DNA of 59,573 nucleotides, the filler included, from Jimgerdemannia flammicorona (lineage: Eukaryota), in assembly GCA_003990765.1 (NCBI GenBank). It is 3 parts of 3 records of this genome, joined end to end, with 100 filler letters (N's around TTAATTAATTAA, not from the genome) between each part and the next. Parts side by side here need not be neighbours in the genome. Positions count along the whole stretch, not along the records: positions 19,896 to 39,684 come from RBNJ01001850.1; 2 more parts are not named here. The stretch is one strand, 5' to 3'. The position numbers and the translations under genes were made by a program. The notes beneath the pieces were generated by a model. It was not told where the DNA came from, ran no database searches, and saw only the letters and a program-made list of their open reading frames with translations. This document shows, piece by piece, positions 23,400 to 36,928 of the stretch; position 1 is the first letter of the stretch, and each line of letters opens with the position of its first letter.

Positions 23400-25444
23400 A
23401 TTAATCCCATCCTCTACAAATCTGCATTCAACTCCTCCTGTGCTAAATCCAAATTATGTTCTGCAGCCAGTTCCTTCTCTTTCACCACCTATGTCTCCAA
23501 CCCAATCAGAAGTTCAGCTATAACTCTATCCTCCTTTTCCTCAAAGTTCTCACAATACTTCAGGCAGACCTCCTGCCAGAGTTGCAACCCATGACACTCT
23601 GCCCAACAGTAAGCTGCATACTTACCAGCAACAACTGCCAGCTCAGCCTCTCTCTCTGCATCAATCTCATATTCCTCCTCCTCTAGAAGAATTGTCAGTA
23701 TCTCTGCCTTCAGGGCCCCCACCACTCTATCTCCATACAGGATCTGTGCCCAATGCTCCTCAGATATCACATACAAGTCCACTTCCCCCAACTCCTCAGC
23801 TGCAAAGTTATCCATCATCTTGCTCATCTACAGCAGGTTCTCCACCTCCTTCTCTCTCAGTGTCCCAGGCCTTCCCACATCTAACATCATGATGTCAGCC
23901 CCCACACTGGCTGTCTCATCCCACCCCTCTTCCAGGACATCTACCAGCTCATCCTCACCAACTGCCACCACCTGTCCACCTTTTGTCACATCTGAAACCC
24001 CAAAGTGTACCTGCTGAGTACCTCTCATCAGCTCATCCTCTATCATCCAACCCCTCATAGCTGGACCCCTCCAGACTAGAGGGGGGGTGTCATCTATAAC
24101 CTGTTCCTAGACTTTGAACATACCATCTGCATATGGGTCCTTATGCAGCACCTTCTCCTTCTCCTCCAAGCCCCCCTCCACCTCTCCTCTACTCTTACTA
24201 GCCCAGACACTCACCTCTACTCCCTCAGACTCATCAATAGCCCCATCCTTCAACTTCATCCCTCCTTCCATTCTCATCAGCAGCTCCCTCTGTCTCTTAT
24301 GTCCTTGAGCCCTCTCCCACTGCCTCTTGTCAGTGCAAATGTATTTCCCATCAATGATCTCCAGATATGTCAACTCCTTGTACAACTTCCATACTTTTGT
24401 CTGCTGCTCCACAGCCCCACTCATCTCCTCCAGAGCCTCCAACAGATCCTTCTCCTCCTTCTCACTCCCTTTCACCCTTGACACTCAACAACTGAAAGCC
24501 CCCCAAAGTATCACCACCAGCCAGTCACTCATCTTCCCAATGACCTCCTTCTCTGTCAGTCAAATCTTGATATCAATATCTCCAGTTCTGATAGTGGTCC
24601 CCTCCCAAATTTGGAAACCAATATCAACCACATTACCATACTCAGCCATCATCTCCTCAACCCTCCTTCTTGTCTCTACTGCCATCACTATAGGCACCCC
24701 CTTTACTAACAACTGAACCACCCTGGGGTCTCACTTCAGACAATACACTATAGGGACCACTACTTCCCCAACTACCACTCTAGCCTTCAGAGCCTCATCT
24801 AGTGCACTGGGCTCCTCAAAGCCCACCTCAATCCCCTCCAGCCCCTTCAGGAACTTTACTGAGACAGCTCTAGCCACCTGCTTCAAGATAAGCCCCAGGA
24901 CTATTCTTGCTGTCACTGCCAGACCCCTGAAGTACAAGGTAGCTACAAACTCTGAAATTGACTTCTTGAGTAATAGTGTCACTGCCAGCCCTGTCACACC
25001 ATCGACCAGGTCCCCCTTCTACTTTGGGCCCATCTGCTCAGCCCTCTCATCTATAGTCACATCTGGATTTTTTTCCAGATTTCCAGTCAAACTGCCATCA
25101 GCAGTCCTACCACTACTTCCAGGAGCTACCCCACCAGCTCTACCTCCCACTGGCTGAGACCCAGCCCCTCCAGCTTCCCCAACCTTTTGCTTCCCCTTCT
25201 CTCCTGCCTGCCCACTATAAGTCTATACTGGCCAACCACTAGCCTGCAGTATTTCAGCAAAGCTCCTCCCCTGCCATCTACTGGCCCCACCACCAGCACC
25301 ACTTCTACTGCCTGAGCTGCCCTGCCCACTTGGGCCACCGAAAGACCTTATCTCAAGCCCATACTCTTATCTGACATACTGCCAGTTGAAGGCCCTAGAT
25401 CCACCTAATCTAGTATATATATCAGCTTGCTTACTAGTTGATAT
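23400..25444 (-). pseudogene. LINE ORF1 remnant
   Basis: Fragmented acidic/charged ORFs upstream of ORF2. N-terminus YTRLGGxRAFNWQ is shared with 38806-39072. Boundaries approximate. Confidence 0.65.
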
Positions 25445-26029
25445 TGTCTTAATATCTTTCTCTAATAAATGATTTGAAAGTATGTTGTAAAAGTGTATAT
25501 AATGTAAATTGTAGTAGAGAAAGGTGCTCTCCAGAATGTCCAGGCCCTTCCTCTTATCTGTGATGGCCATCTCCCCTCCCATCCTGATAACATCTGAAAA
25601 GCAGTCACTTATGCCAGAACTGTACTCACCAGGAAGCTCACCAAAGCCAGTAAACTCCACTATATGTACTGAGAACCTGCAGGTAATCTATACTGAGCAC
25701 TTAATGCCCAAGGTTGGCTGACTCTCTATGTAGTCCAAGATATACTGAGACAATACCTTATTGGTAATAGCAAAAGGAAGAAGGTGCTACACCAAAATGA
25801 ATATACTCTAAATAGAGCCAAAGGTATCAGAAACTGTGAAAAAGTAGAGAAGACACTAATCTGACACCAATAAAGGGGCAACTCATCACTATTGCCTCTC
25901 TCTTACTGCCCTGCAATAGGTACAGCAAACTAACCTGAGGTAAAGGGGGTAATAATTGTGGAAAGTAGACTCAGAAGGTTGTCTACCAAACCATTGTAAC
26001 TGGTAAGATAGCAGAGAAAGGGGCATTGA

Positions 26030-29000
26030 AACTTCTGAGACAGATAGATGATAGAGTATTCATATTGAGTTAAAATAGCTTTAATAGTAATATTTAAAAC
26101 ATCAGCGGTAATCTGAAGAGTTCTGTTGGATCAGGACTGATTAAAATTAGTTTATTGATCAGTATTCTCTTGAGAGGATTCATGGTTATAGTACATTCTT
26201 CTATCCATTCTTTTTTAACATTGGCTCTCTTTCTAGTGAGGCTTGTAAATAGAGTAATATTTGTAAAGAATCCTTAAATAAATTCTCTATAATATTTTAC
26301 TAGTCTATTGAATTCTTATAGATATTTGAGGATCTTCAGGATGGGCTAATGACAGATTACTTGAGTCTTCTTAGAATTAATAACAATATAATTTTCTGAG
26401 ATAATATATTCTATAAATTCAATTTTCTTCTCAATGAAGTAATATTTCTTTCTTTTTACTAAGAGTATATATTTATAGAGTATGTAAAAGAACATTTATA
26501 AGTATATTGATAGATGATACTACTTTTACTATATACTATGATATTATTAACAGAATGAATACTCTGATGTATTTATAAAAAATATCATTCATTATTATTT
26601 AGAAGATTGCTGGTATATTAGTAAGACTGAATAGTATCATATAGAATTTATAGTATCCAAATCTTGTTCAGAAAGCTATCTTGGAGATATCTTCCTCTTT
26701 GATATAAATTTGGTGATATTTAGATATAAGATCAATAAATGAAAAGATCTTGACCTTATATACTTGGTTGAGTAGTTTATTAATTTATAAGAGTTTATAT
26801 ATATTGATTCTTGATAGAGATCTTATTGAGTACTCAATAGTCAATGCACATGTGAAGACTTCTATCTTTCTTACAGCTAAAGAGAATTGGTACACTATAT
26901 GATAATTTTGATAAATGGATAAGATCTTTGCTTGCTAATTCTATTAATTATTCCTTAAGGATCTCTTGCTTAAATTGAGCTAATTAGTGCTCCTAACGAG
27001 TCAATTTAATCTGGATTGGATTCGGATTGATTCGGATTGAATCCCATCCAGATGGATTCAAATCAACCATTGTTTTGATTTCCAAATTAGATAATTAAAT
27101 ATTTACATCAATAACTCAATGAATAATCATCCAAATTTGATAATCCTGGTGTCATTTGAAAGCCCTTAATAAGACCTATCTAATGATACCAAGAACATTG
27201 AAATCCGATCATGCGTTGCTGAGCTATGAAGGAAACCGTCTGAATCGCCGATTTTGGAAATTTCATCAAATAGAACGTTTTCCTTAATATCTCGGCAATG
27301 CGTAATCCGATTTTAATATTCTTGATATCATTATAAAGGCCTTATTAAGGGCTTTCAAATGACACCAAGATCATCAAATTTGGATGATTATTCATCGAGT
27401 TATTGATGTAAACATTTAATTGTCCAATTTGGAAATCAAAACAATGGTTGATTTGAATCCATCCGGATGGATTCGAATCCAATCCGAGTTGATCTGGATG
27501 TGATTCGAATCCATCCGAATCACATCCGGATTGACTCGTTTGGAGCACTAGAGCTAATCAATAGATTCTATAGTAGAGAGAGTCTGAACTAAGAATAGTT
27601 TCAATGCTATATTCTACTGCTTAGATAAGTGGTAGTCTTTGGGGTTCTTAGAAGATATCTTCATATTCCTTGAGTAGTTTTTGGAGATTATCTTTCTAAT
27701 CATCTTTATTCTTCAGAAGTTCAGTGAGTTCTTCATTATCATCTTCTGAAGTTTCTTAACTATATATATATAGATATGCTGTTCTGGTTTTCAAATCAGC
27801 TTCTTCATCTAGATAGTAGAAATAACATCATATCTGGGCTTAGGTTTCTTCTTAATAAGCTCAGATTATAACTTGATATCTCCTAGAGAGATTATATTAA
27901 TTTACTAATTAATGTGGGAATTTTCCTAAGTAAGCTAGGATTTTCTAAGAATAAGATTGTATTTAAAAAGATATGCAATATAGAAGATTTGCCTTGTGGT
28001 GTAATTTCCAAGTTATTGAATTATATTTTTATATATCTTAGAGAGTTTATATATTATACTATTTTCAAATATAGCAATATTTCTTCTTTAATTTCTCTTT
28101 ATCTTGAGGTGGAATTTCTTAATAGTTTTTTTGTCAAGATAGTACTTGCTTACTCTACTATCAATAAGAACTTTAACAGAGTTTATTTTTATTTTTTCTT
28201 AGAAGCAGATATATTCTATATCACTTTCTTATCAGACAGTAATTATTTCTATAGTAGTCTCTTTTCAATCTTATACTTCTTCATCTTCATTATCAATATT
28301 CTTGATTTCTTCATCATATTGTTCTGAGATAGTTAGCTTATACTTCTTAGATTTGAGAATATATATAATATATTCTTTTATATATTTAAAATAGTATATC
28401 TTGATTCTGTAAGAATATCATCCTATAGAGATATATTTATCAGTAATGTCCTGGTACTATTTCTGATCTCAGTCTTGAGATTCTTTAATATGAACAATCT
28501 TCTGTATCTTAGTCTTCTCCTTAGTCTTGTCAGGGTGCTTTTTTATTGATCTGAAAGCTTTTTCTCCTTTATTAGAGAGTGATAGTTTGTTTGTTTCTTT
28601 AACTTTAAGGTTATTATATATTATCTCAATAATAGCTTAGATAATTCATTTTCTATATATGATTTCAACTACCTTCTATTCAGTATTATATAGCAGAACC
28701 TTGATTTTATCTTTAAATTCTTGGTCTACAACTTCTTCAGCTATATAGAGTCTCTCTTTCTTAGTCAGACTACTCTTTTCTATAAGGTAAATATAAATTT
28801 CTTTAGAGACTTCAATTCCAACCCCCTGTGCTAATAATTACTTACTTGTCTAGTTTAATAGTTACTTCTATACTAGAGTAGAGATCATAGCCAGTATCAG
28901 ATTCAAATACTTTATCTGAGATTTTGCAGCAATGTAAAATCTCTTAATCTTGATTTTTTTAGAGGTTCTCTTGAAATTATCTCCTATTATAGTGATGGTG

Positions 29001-30960
29001 TGTAAGGAGGATAGTCCTTTGTTTATATTTGTCTTCTTGTTAAAGTATTTAGGAGATATATGTCCTATTTTTTATAGTGGAAACATGCTTCTTTCTTAAT
29101 GAGTTTTTCTAATTTTTTATTAGATATTTCTTAAATCTATCTTATAGTTTTGAGGACTCATTCCAGGGTTTATATTTCTTCTTAAATTGATGTTAGTAGT
29201 CTTCTTTATTGTTATTTCTGTTGTCTCTTAGTCTCTGGACTATAAGGATAGTATGTGCTCTAGTGATAGCTTATCCTAGATACTATTTAATTGTAGGATT
29301 ATTCTTATTTATGAATTTTTTCTAATAACTATCTAGAGATAGTATTGAAGAAGTAGGTAGCTTGGGTTCTATTTACAGTCTATTCTCATTAGTTGTATTC
29401 TACTCTTATAGTATTCAGGAGAGTCTTCAGTCTTATAGTAAATGCTTCAAGATCTTCTTTTCTATTATTATAAAATTAAAGGTTCTTGAGCTTGGTTCTG
29501 GCTTTAGTAATATATATAGAGCTGCAGAACTATTGGATGATTATTTTCTTTAGGTACACAGTAGCTAGGTAGACTTTATAGATAGAGTTATTATTATCTC
29601 CTTTACTTATATTGATTTTAGTACAGATTTCTCAGGTGAGAAAATATACTAATAGATTATACTATCTCTAGACAGCTATATTTGTAAAATGAATAGTAAC
29701 TTTTTTTACTTATAAATCTACAGTTGTATAGAGATCTTCAATCTCATAGTACTCATTATTATTGAGAGAGTTCTGATTATCATTTTATATATTAGTGTAA
29801 TAATTAATATCAACTTATTCTATAAATATTATTACTTAGTCTGCTTAGCCTTTGAATAGTATAAGGCAGAGGCCTTTTGTAGATTTGATTATTTTAATAC
29901 TAAGGTGAAGAGCTTGAATAAGTATAGCTACTTGGTCAGTCAGTACTGCTATCTTATCATCTGCTGATATCATTCTGCTATTTTTATTATCTATCTGATG
30001 AGATAGTTGGAGTCTTTCTTCTATAGTTTATCAATCACAATTTGGAATTGACTCTCTATAATATTACTGAAGTGAGTGAGCTTATAGACTAGTGGTCTTG
30101 ATAGAGTAACTATCAGATCTATTTTAATTTTTGATAGACTTAAAATTCTTAGTGGTGATTTTGTAATAGTTCTAAGACTACTAATATTAGATTCAGATAT
30201 CTCTTCAATTATTCTTCTAGATCTAAATAATATAGCAGAGGCCTCACTAGGTCTATCAGCTTATAGTTCTTATTACTAGATTATTCTAACTTGTATAGAG
30301 AGAATTTGATAATAAAAGTGTGATTTCTTTTAGTAGATATAGTATCTCTTATAGTTCAGAAAGGCCTTGGCTTTGTAGTAACAATTATTGATGAGGAGGT
30401 TCAGAAAATAGACACTTATAGTCTCAATGGATTCTTATATATATTTTTTATGAATATATCTACCAATTAGCTTATTGAATTTCTCCATAAATTTGGAGAT
30501 ATAGGAGACTTCTTTATTGAATATAAGAAAGATATTGAAAACTTCTTAAATAGTTTCATTATTGAGTTTGTCAAACTTCTCTTAGCTAGTATAAGTTTTA
30601 GTTTACTTAGTAATAATTCTATTTAATTCTTTAGCTTAAGTCTAGAGAGTATTAAGAGTGATGATGCTTCTTGACTATAACTAATAATGTTGAAAATATT
30701 GACTAGTTTTCATTATCTGTAGTAGATTCTTAAAGAAAAGTTACTCTTAAATAAAAAGTATTGAGTTTTAGTTATCTATTACAGTAGAGTCTAAGTATTA
30801 CTTTTGGATTTTTGTACTTCTTAGAAATACTGTACTTATATCTTAAGTTAATTAGGCTCAGAATCATTAACAATTCAGATCTGAGAGTTCTGTGATAAGA
30901 ATACTACTTTTTATTCTTATATTCAGAAAAAGCAAAGCTGAGGTTATAATATATATAGTA
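26030..30960 (-). mobile_element. Ty3/Gypsy family C, old copy C2 (gag-dUTPase-PR-RT)
   Basis: Colinear with 4320-6561 plus 17102-19028, lacking the B insertion; heavily AT-shifted. Confidence 0.85.
26985..27550. mobile_element. Non-autonomous hAT-type foldback MITE, 566 bp
   Basis: TIRs TAGTGCTCCTAACGAGTCAAT / ATTGACTCGTTTGGAGCACTA; 8-bp TSD GAGCTAAT (26977-26984, 27551-27558); arms complementary over ~250 bp. Empty site in C1 at ~5262-5280. Confidence 0.92.
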
Positions 30961-31205
30961 TATTGAATATATATATATATATATTTATATTACTTTGAGT
31001 AACTATAACTACTAGTTAGAAATTTCTATTAGAATTTCTAGTAGCTTATAGATATATATAATAATTGTTTTATATATCTTACTTACTCAGAATTTTTATT
31101 TTATTAATAAATTATAGCTTAGTATTAACTATTAAAAAAAACTCTACAATAGAAGATAGTAATATTATTTCTCTAGTTTAAGATAGTATTCATAATATCA
31201 GTATT

Positions 31206-31249
<44 letters not shown>

Positions 31250-31593
31250 AGAATAATACTAATGCTAGTTACAAAAATAATAATCTTAATTTGCTATAAA
31301 CTTTAAACTCTCATATCAACTCTATGAGAAGAGCAAATATAGTCAGCTGACTGAATTGCTATTTGTATTAGATAATAATAATAAAATAATTTTATAATAT
31401 AAAATAAAATAAAAAATTGGTCTTTTTATTAGCTATAATTTAAATAAATTAAATTATTTATTTTAGTTTAGCTTAATTTAAATTAATTTATTAAAATTAG
31501 TATTACTTTATCTATTATATAAATATTTAATTTTAAATTTTATTATAAAATTAATTTTTACATTTTCTAAAATATACATATATTTATAATATT

Positions 31594-33587
31594 TTATATC
31601 TCAATCTCATTTAACCTATCATCAACATCTGGTTTTTGATTGTTCTGGTCAGATTCCTGATTGTATTGGTTGGGCTTCCGATTGTCCTGGTCAGGTTCCT
31701 GATTGTACCGGTCAGGTTCCTGATTGTACTGGTCAGGTTTCTGATTTATCGGATTGAACCGTTGCCGCGGCCCCGTCGGCGGAGCACCGCGATGTGGAGC
31801 ATCTTGTTCTTGCCGAAACTCAGCATCACTGCGTGCCCGCCACGGTTTGCGGACGAGGAGAAAAACGAGGATGGCGACGAGAATGAGCACCCCAATGACG
31901 ATGCCAACGATGCCGCCGATGCCGCCGATGGCGTCGATGCCGCCGGTGCCGCTGCTACCGCCGATGTTTTCGGTACTGGATGAGGGGGGACTGGAGTTCG
32001 GAAAGAAGCTACTCGCCCATTGGTAATGTTGTGTTGTCCTGGTGTCCAAGATGGCCACGTCATTCAAACCCTTGCCGTTGTTGTCGTAACCTGTTACAGA
32101 CAAAGTGCGCAGAAAATGAGAGTGAGTTATGTCGTCTTGATCAATAAGTCCAAAAGAGTGGGATAGAAAACAAAAAAATGAATAAATGTGGCGCGTACCA
32201 AAGAAGATGAGCATCTGCCCATTGACCATTACTGACGATGGTGCGAACCTTCCCGTAGGCATACTTCCGTTGGTGGCCGGCTGCATCCACAGCCAAGTCC
32301 GCGTGTCGAGCACCGCAACGTCGTTAAGATTGACGTCATCCGATTGTGTTCCACCGCAGCAGATGATAATGGAGAAGCCGTCTGAAGCTGCGCGAGTGCA
32401 ATGCAACAAGTTGTTAAGCCCATGTACTTGCGACACCGGTGTGGAGGGGGTGAATATGTTTATGATTTCGAAATTGTTTACCCAAAACAGCGGTGTGCAT
32501 GCGACGCGCAACAGGTGTATTGCCCGTTGCGTTATTAGCAGTCCATGTGCCGGCGTTTGTGCTAAAGGCAAGCATTCAAGAGGTAATAGGTCAGAAATGA
32601 GTGAATATGCCATCTTCCATAGAGAAGAAAGAAAAACGTCTATACTTACTCGAAAACAGGAATGTCTGTCATGGAGGCGTAATGGAGATATACATAAGTG
32701 CTATTGATTTGTACGCCTGTCAAACCTCCGATCATGACAATCTGATTATTACTGGAGAAATAGATGAGATGTGAAAATCGGCGCATCGATGGCGGTAAAA
32801 ACAAAGATGAGTATATAATGGAGCCGTACGGCAGTATCGTGGACGTGTACTCGATCCTTGGCGTGGGGAACACTTGTCCGGAGAAGTTGAGAACGGTCCA
32901 GACAAGCTTGTTGGTATCAAAGGAAATCATTTCGTTGAAGATCTTGCTAGCAGATGTGCCGTTGACAGTGTATCCTACAATTGGAACGAAACAAAGTCGG
33001 TTAGCAAGTGTTGGCAACTGAATTCTTCAATTGCATAATCTAGCAAACACGGAAAAATGACAATCATTCGCTAGCTCACCCGTTGCGGAATCGCCAAACC
33101 CACCCCAGATGTAAGCGACTCCGAACGAAGTCAACGCTGCGACCGACTCCCTCCTTTGTTGTGGCACATTGATGGCTGCGGTCCCGGACGGAATCGACCA
33201 GGCGCTCGTGTTAACGTAGTATTGCGCAAATCCGCTTTCCGTCATATTTCCGCTGAACGTATTTCCGCCACCCCATACGTAAAAGGACTTATTGTCGTTT
33301 GATGGCCACACGGTGTGGAAAGCCGTCAGAGGCGCGAAGGAGTTGCCTATGTCACTTGAATGGTCCGTCCAGGTCGGGCTCGTGTACGTCCAGGGTAGAG
33401 AGACATCAAGGGTGTACAGATTCCTGCTGCCAAATGCTTCGTTGAGGCGTGCTCCACCGTAGATGTAGACGGTGCTGTTGATAAGTACGGCGGTTTGGGC
33501 CCACTGGCCAATAGGAGTGAAGGCCGTGGCCCGGTGGGATACCACGGCGAGAAGCAATATCAAAATCTGAAAAATTGGCTTCACCAT
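31594..33587 (-). CDS. Signal peptide / kelch-repeat / single-pass membrane protein, 6 exons, ~506 aa
   Basis: Exons 33587-33080, 32974-32830, 32751-32650, 32561-32482, 32387-32199, 32090-31594. All introns GT-AG with consistent phase (1521 nt). Kelch GG motifs (VYIYGG, YVWGG, YIWGG, VMIGG) and TM IVGIVIGVLILVAILVFLLV. Confidence 0.9.
31630..31752 (-). repeat. 21-bp coding repeat (NQ[K/E]PD[Q/R]Y-like) in the kelch protein tail
   Basis: NQKPDQYNQEPDRYNQEPDQDNRKPNQYNQESDQNNQKPD. Confidence 0.85.
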
Positions 33588-36500
33588 AGTTTAATGCGAT
33601 GGATCGAGGAACAAGTTTGTCTCGAAGGAAGCTGGGTGGCAGGGTCAAAATCTCGGTGGGACAAAAATGTGGCTCTGCCCAATCTCCGCAGTAGCTGATG
33701 ATGTAATTTTCCGTCGCTAACTAATTTACGGCCGTCGGGTAAATTCTTCGGCTAAATTTTTCTCTGGGCGTAGTAATCTGCTATTTAGTGACTAGCAAAT
33801 TTGGCTCACTGATGATACTCTAATAAACCCAGCCCAACCTCGGCAACACTTACCGGCCCTGCTGACGAAACTCAACCTTTTTTTGTTTTTAAACACACTT
33901 TGAGAGGATTTTTTATGATATTTTCTTAAAGAAAATATTTATTATATCAAACCAAACCTTATTAGAAGCTAGAATAGATAGTTGTAAGTTATTTAACCTG
34001 AGTTAAAATTTATGAAAGAGAAGTTGACTATCTTCTTATTATTATTATCTCATTTGAGCTAGCATTTAAAAACTCAACTTATATATATTTAAAATAATAT
34101 ATTATTAATATATTTAAAGATATAAATAATATTAAAATATTGAAAAATAAAATATAAATAATAATGAATAAATTTTAATATTTTGATTAATTAAAATATT
34201 ATAAATTAAATATGACTTCTTAGTCAACATAAATATAATCAAAAGAATTAAAAGATTATTTAAAAAGAATAAAAAGAGACTAAAATATTTAAAAGAAAAA
34301 AAATCAAAAATAAGATAAACTATATAATATAACAAAATATAATAAATATAGATGCTATCTTTTAGAAATTGAGATTATTATAAATAAGATATAAATAGAG
34401 ATAAAATATTAAATTATTAATAACTAAGCAAGTTTTATACTTAATTATACAATTGATCTCAGATTGAAAGATTGATTTAGAAGTAGTATTGTTGACTTTT
34501 CAATTATCTATTTTATTGTGGACCTTATTTTTCTCTTTTATCACATTTCTCTAGCTTCATCCTGGTCAGTTGAATCCTCAAATTTGGCACCTTGGTTCTC
34601 TGATTTATTTGTGCTTAGTCTTCAGGTCAGTTGTATAATGAAGAATCTACAATCTATAGATAACACAAGTAAATATCTAAGGGGTTTCATTTTCGTGAGC
34701 CATTTGGCCTCCAAAACTACTCATGGGAGATTGACATTTTTGCATCCCAATAGGTGGATGTAAGCTCAAGCGACAGGTCTATATTGTCACTATAGATTTG
34801 CCAAAAGGCAGCCAGCATTTGAGTTGCACTTCATCAGGCTCTCCTCAGGAGGGATGGAGGGGTTTATCTCAATAGCGTGGGTGGTGGTGGGGGTGTGATG
34901 GAGTTGAGTCATAAGATATGAAATGGGGATTTGGATGTAGAATGTGGGCTGGAATCTCAGTGGCTTGTCATAGCGTTTTTGTGAGTAAGAGGGGTAAGTG
35001 TAAATATCCTGTATAAATTGCTGCGTCGCGCAGTTAGATATGACGTCACGGAGTAGGTAGTCTTCATAATTATTATGTTATAGGTCCCAAGAAATCGCTC
35101 AAATCTCTCCACAAGCTAAACGGTTCTATGTGCATCCTCGATAAGGCTTACGCGGCGAGTTTTTACGCAGTTTTACCCAGTCTTAGTGTAAGTCAGATAA
35201 AGCTGCATAAAGATAGATTGGCAGATTGTAGATTTACTTTATTTTGTTAGCGGGAGTGTGCCACGGGGTAGGTGACGATAACACCAAATCCAAAACAAGC
35301 AACACCAGTGTCGATCGGCCGCGCGAAAAATCGAAAAATGTCAGATCTCCATGGTGAAGACAGCAAATAAAATGCGACTAGTGCAGGCGCATCCTTTGGT
35401 TTTATTAATGAGCTTCCAACCATATTTCACTACAAATTATTATGTAGGAAGAGATGTAAATTGATAAGAAGGATTTTTCAGATTGCCCAAATATTCTAAT
35501 TTGGGGCGTCCACATGGTGTGGCTGATGATGACACAGAATCAGCCTCCTGAGTCACGAGATAGACTTCCAATCCAAGTGGCAAAGTGTTTCGGGACTCTA
35601 AGTACGAGCCTCAACCGGCTTCATACAATTCAAATGGTCGAAGTAAGACAGCTCACATTCCTGTGGCAGCACCAGAAATCAACAAAATTCAACATGTCTT
35701 CCACTTACTCTGATGCCTATTTGATGGGAAAAGGAGCAAGAGTGGTCGACCAATCAGGACTTCCGACTTCCGAGCCTTGTACATTTTTTAAACACATGTG
35801 AGAAAGGATCTGCTCCCAAGACCGGGCAGGTATATCGGTCGCGAGGACAGTTAGTGGATATCTTTTATGTGCGAGCTGGAAAAATTCAAATTCCGACCGA
35901 AGATGAGTACTCAACTTCCATGTTTTTATAAATGTCCAGTTCAATTTTGCCTTTTCTTTTGCATCACAGGCGTCTCTGATGGCCACCAACCTATTTACAT
36001 CCTCTTCGATCCTCAACCCTTTCTCCTTGACAGACGTTTGATCACCAGGAGAAGGAACTCGAATGAGCCGAGTCATTTTGTTGAGCTCCGTTGCATGAAC
36101 GACGGCATTGGATAATGGCGATGGCATGTAAAGTTTCAGCAGCATTGAGTGTCGAATGCCCTGGTCAGAGAGTTGGCAAAAATGATAGGATGAAAAGAAT
36201 GTTACAAAATAAAGTCTGATGTCCTGTACATGATACTGCAGCAGATGTGTTTTTTTTTATTTATTTTTTTTTATTTTTTTTTTATACAATTTCAAACTAC
36301 TTTAATACATATGACAGCAAGTATATATGTAGATTTATAAAATAAAAAAAAAGTGCAAGAACAGCAAAAGAAATATACTATAACTCTAAGGTTGATCTGA
36401 AACTCTTATAAATTGGATAGCAAGTTCTGGTATATTATGATTATAAAAGAAAATTAGAGTTTTAAGCTAAAGTCAAAATAGAAATAATTCTATCTTATCT

Positions 36501-36928
36501 ACTAAGTCTATAATAACTATATCTATCAACTTAAAATAACAGATATACTAATGCTTATAATGAAGATATATTGTTAAATATAGTTAGACTACTAGTAAAA
36601 AGAATTTATATCTTTATAAAGAATTACTGCTTAAAGTATAGAAATTTACTTTCAGAAAGTTCAGATTTCTAACTATAATATTGAAAGATTTTGCTCTAAA
36701 TAGAAAAGCTATTATTAAAAAAAATATAATTAAATTTTTAATCTGAATTATATTAATTATATAAATAAAAGAATACTTTAATTAACTTTGTTTATTTTAA
36801 TATATATTTTGTCATATGGTATAAAATAGTAATATGAATTAAGTAAATAGATATTTGATTATGGTATCTGAATCTGATTTCTTGATTTATTATAGGATAG
36901 AAATTATCTTTATTGTAAATATTATATC

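Larger units (their letters stand above)
19764..25500 (-). mobile_element. L1/Tx1-like LINE, near full-length, decayed
   Basis: ORF1 and ORF2 remnants; APE and RT motifs. T-tract 19764-19795 is a probable poly(A) tail, but it lies across a gap. Confidence 0.9.

Noticed and set aside
25500..26030. Coding-like CpG-depleted fragment between the LINE and C2
   Set aside because: No recognisable motif; probably another repeat remnant, not assignable.
30960..31590. Extreme AT-rich tracts and poly(A) (also 33900-34500, 36250-36930, 41700-42540) and their hydrophobic ORFs
   Set aside because: Low-complexity eroded DNA; the Ile/Phe/Leu-rich ORFs are compositional artefacts.
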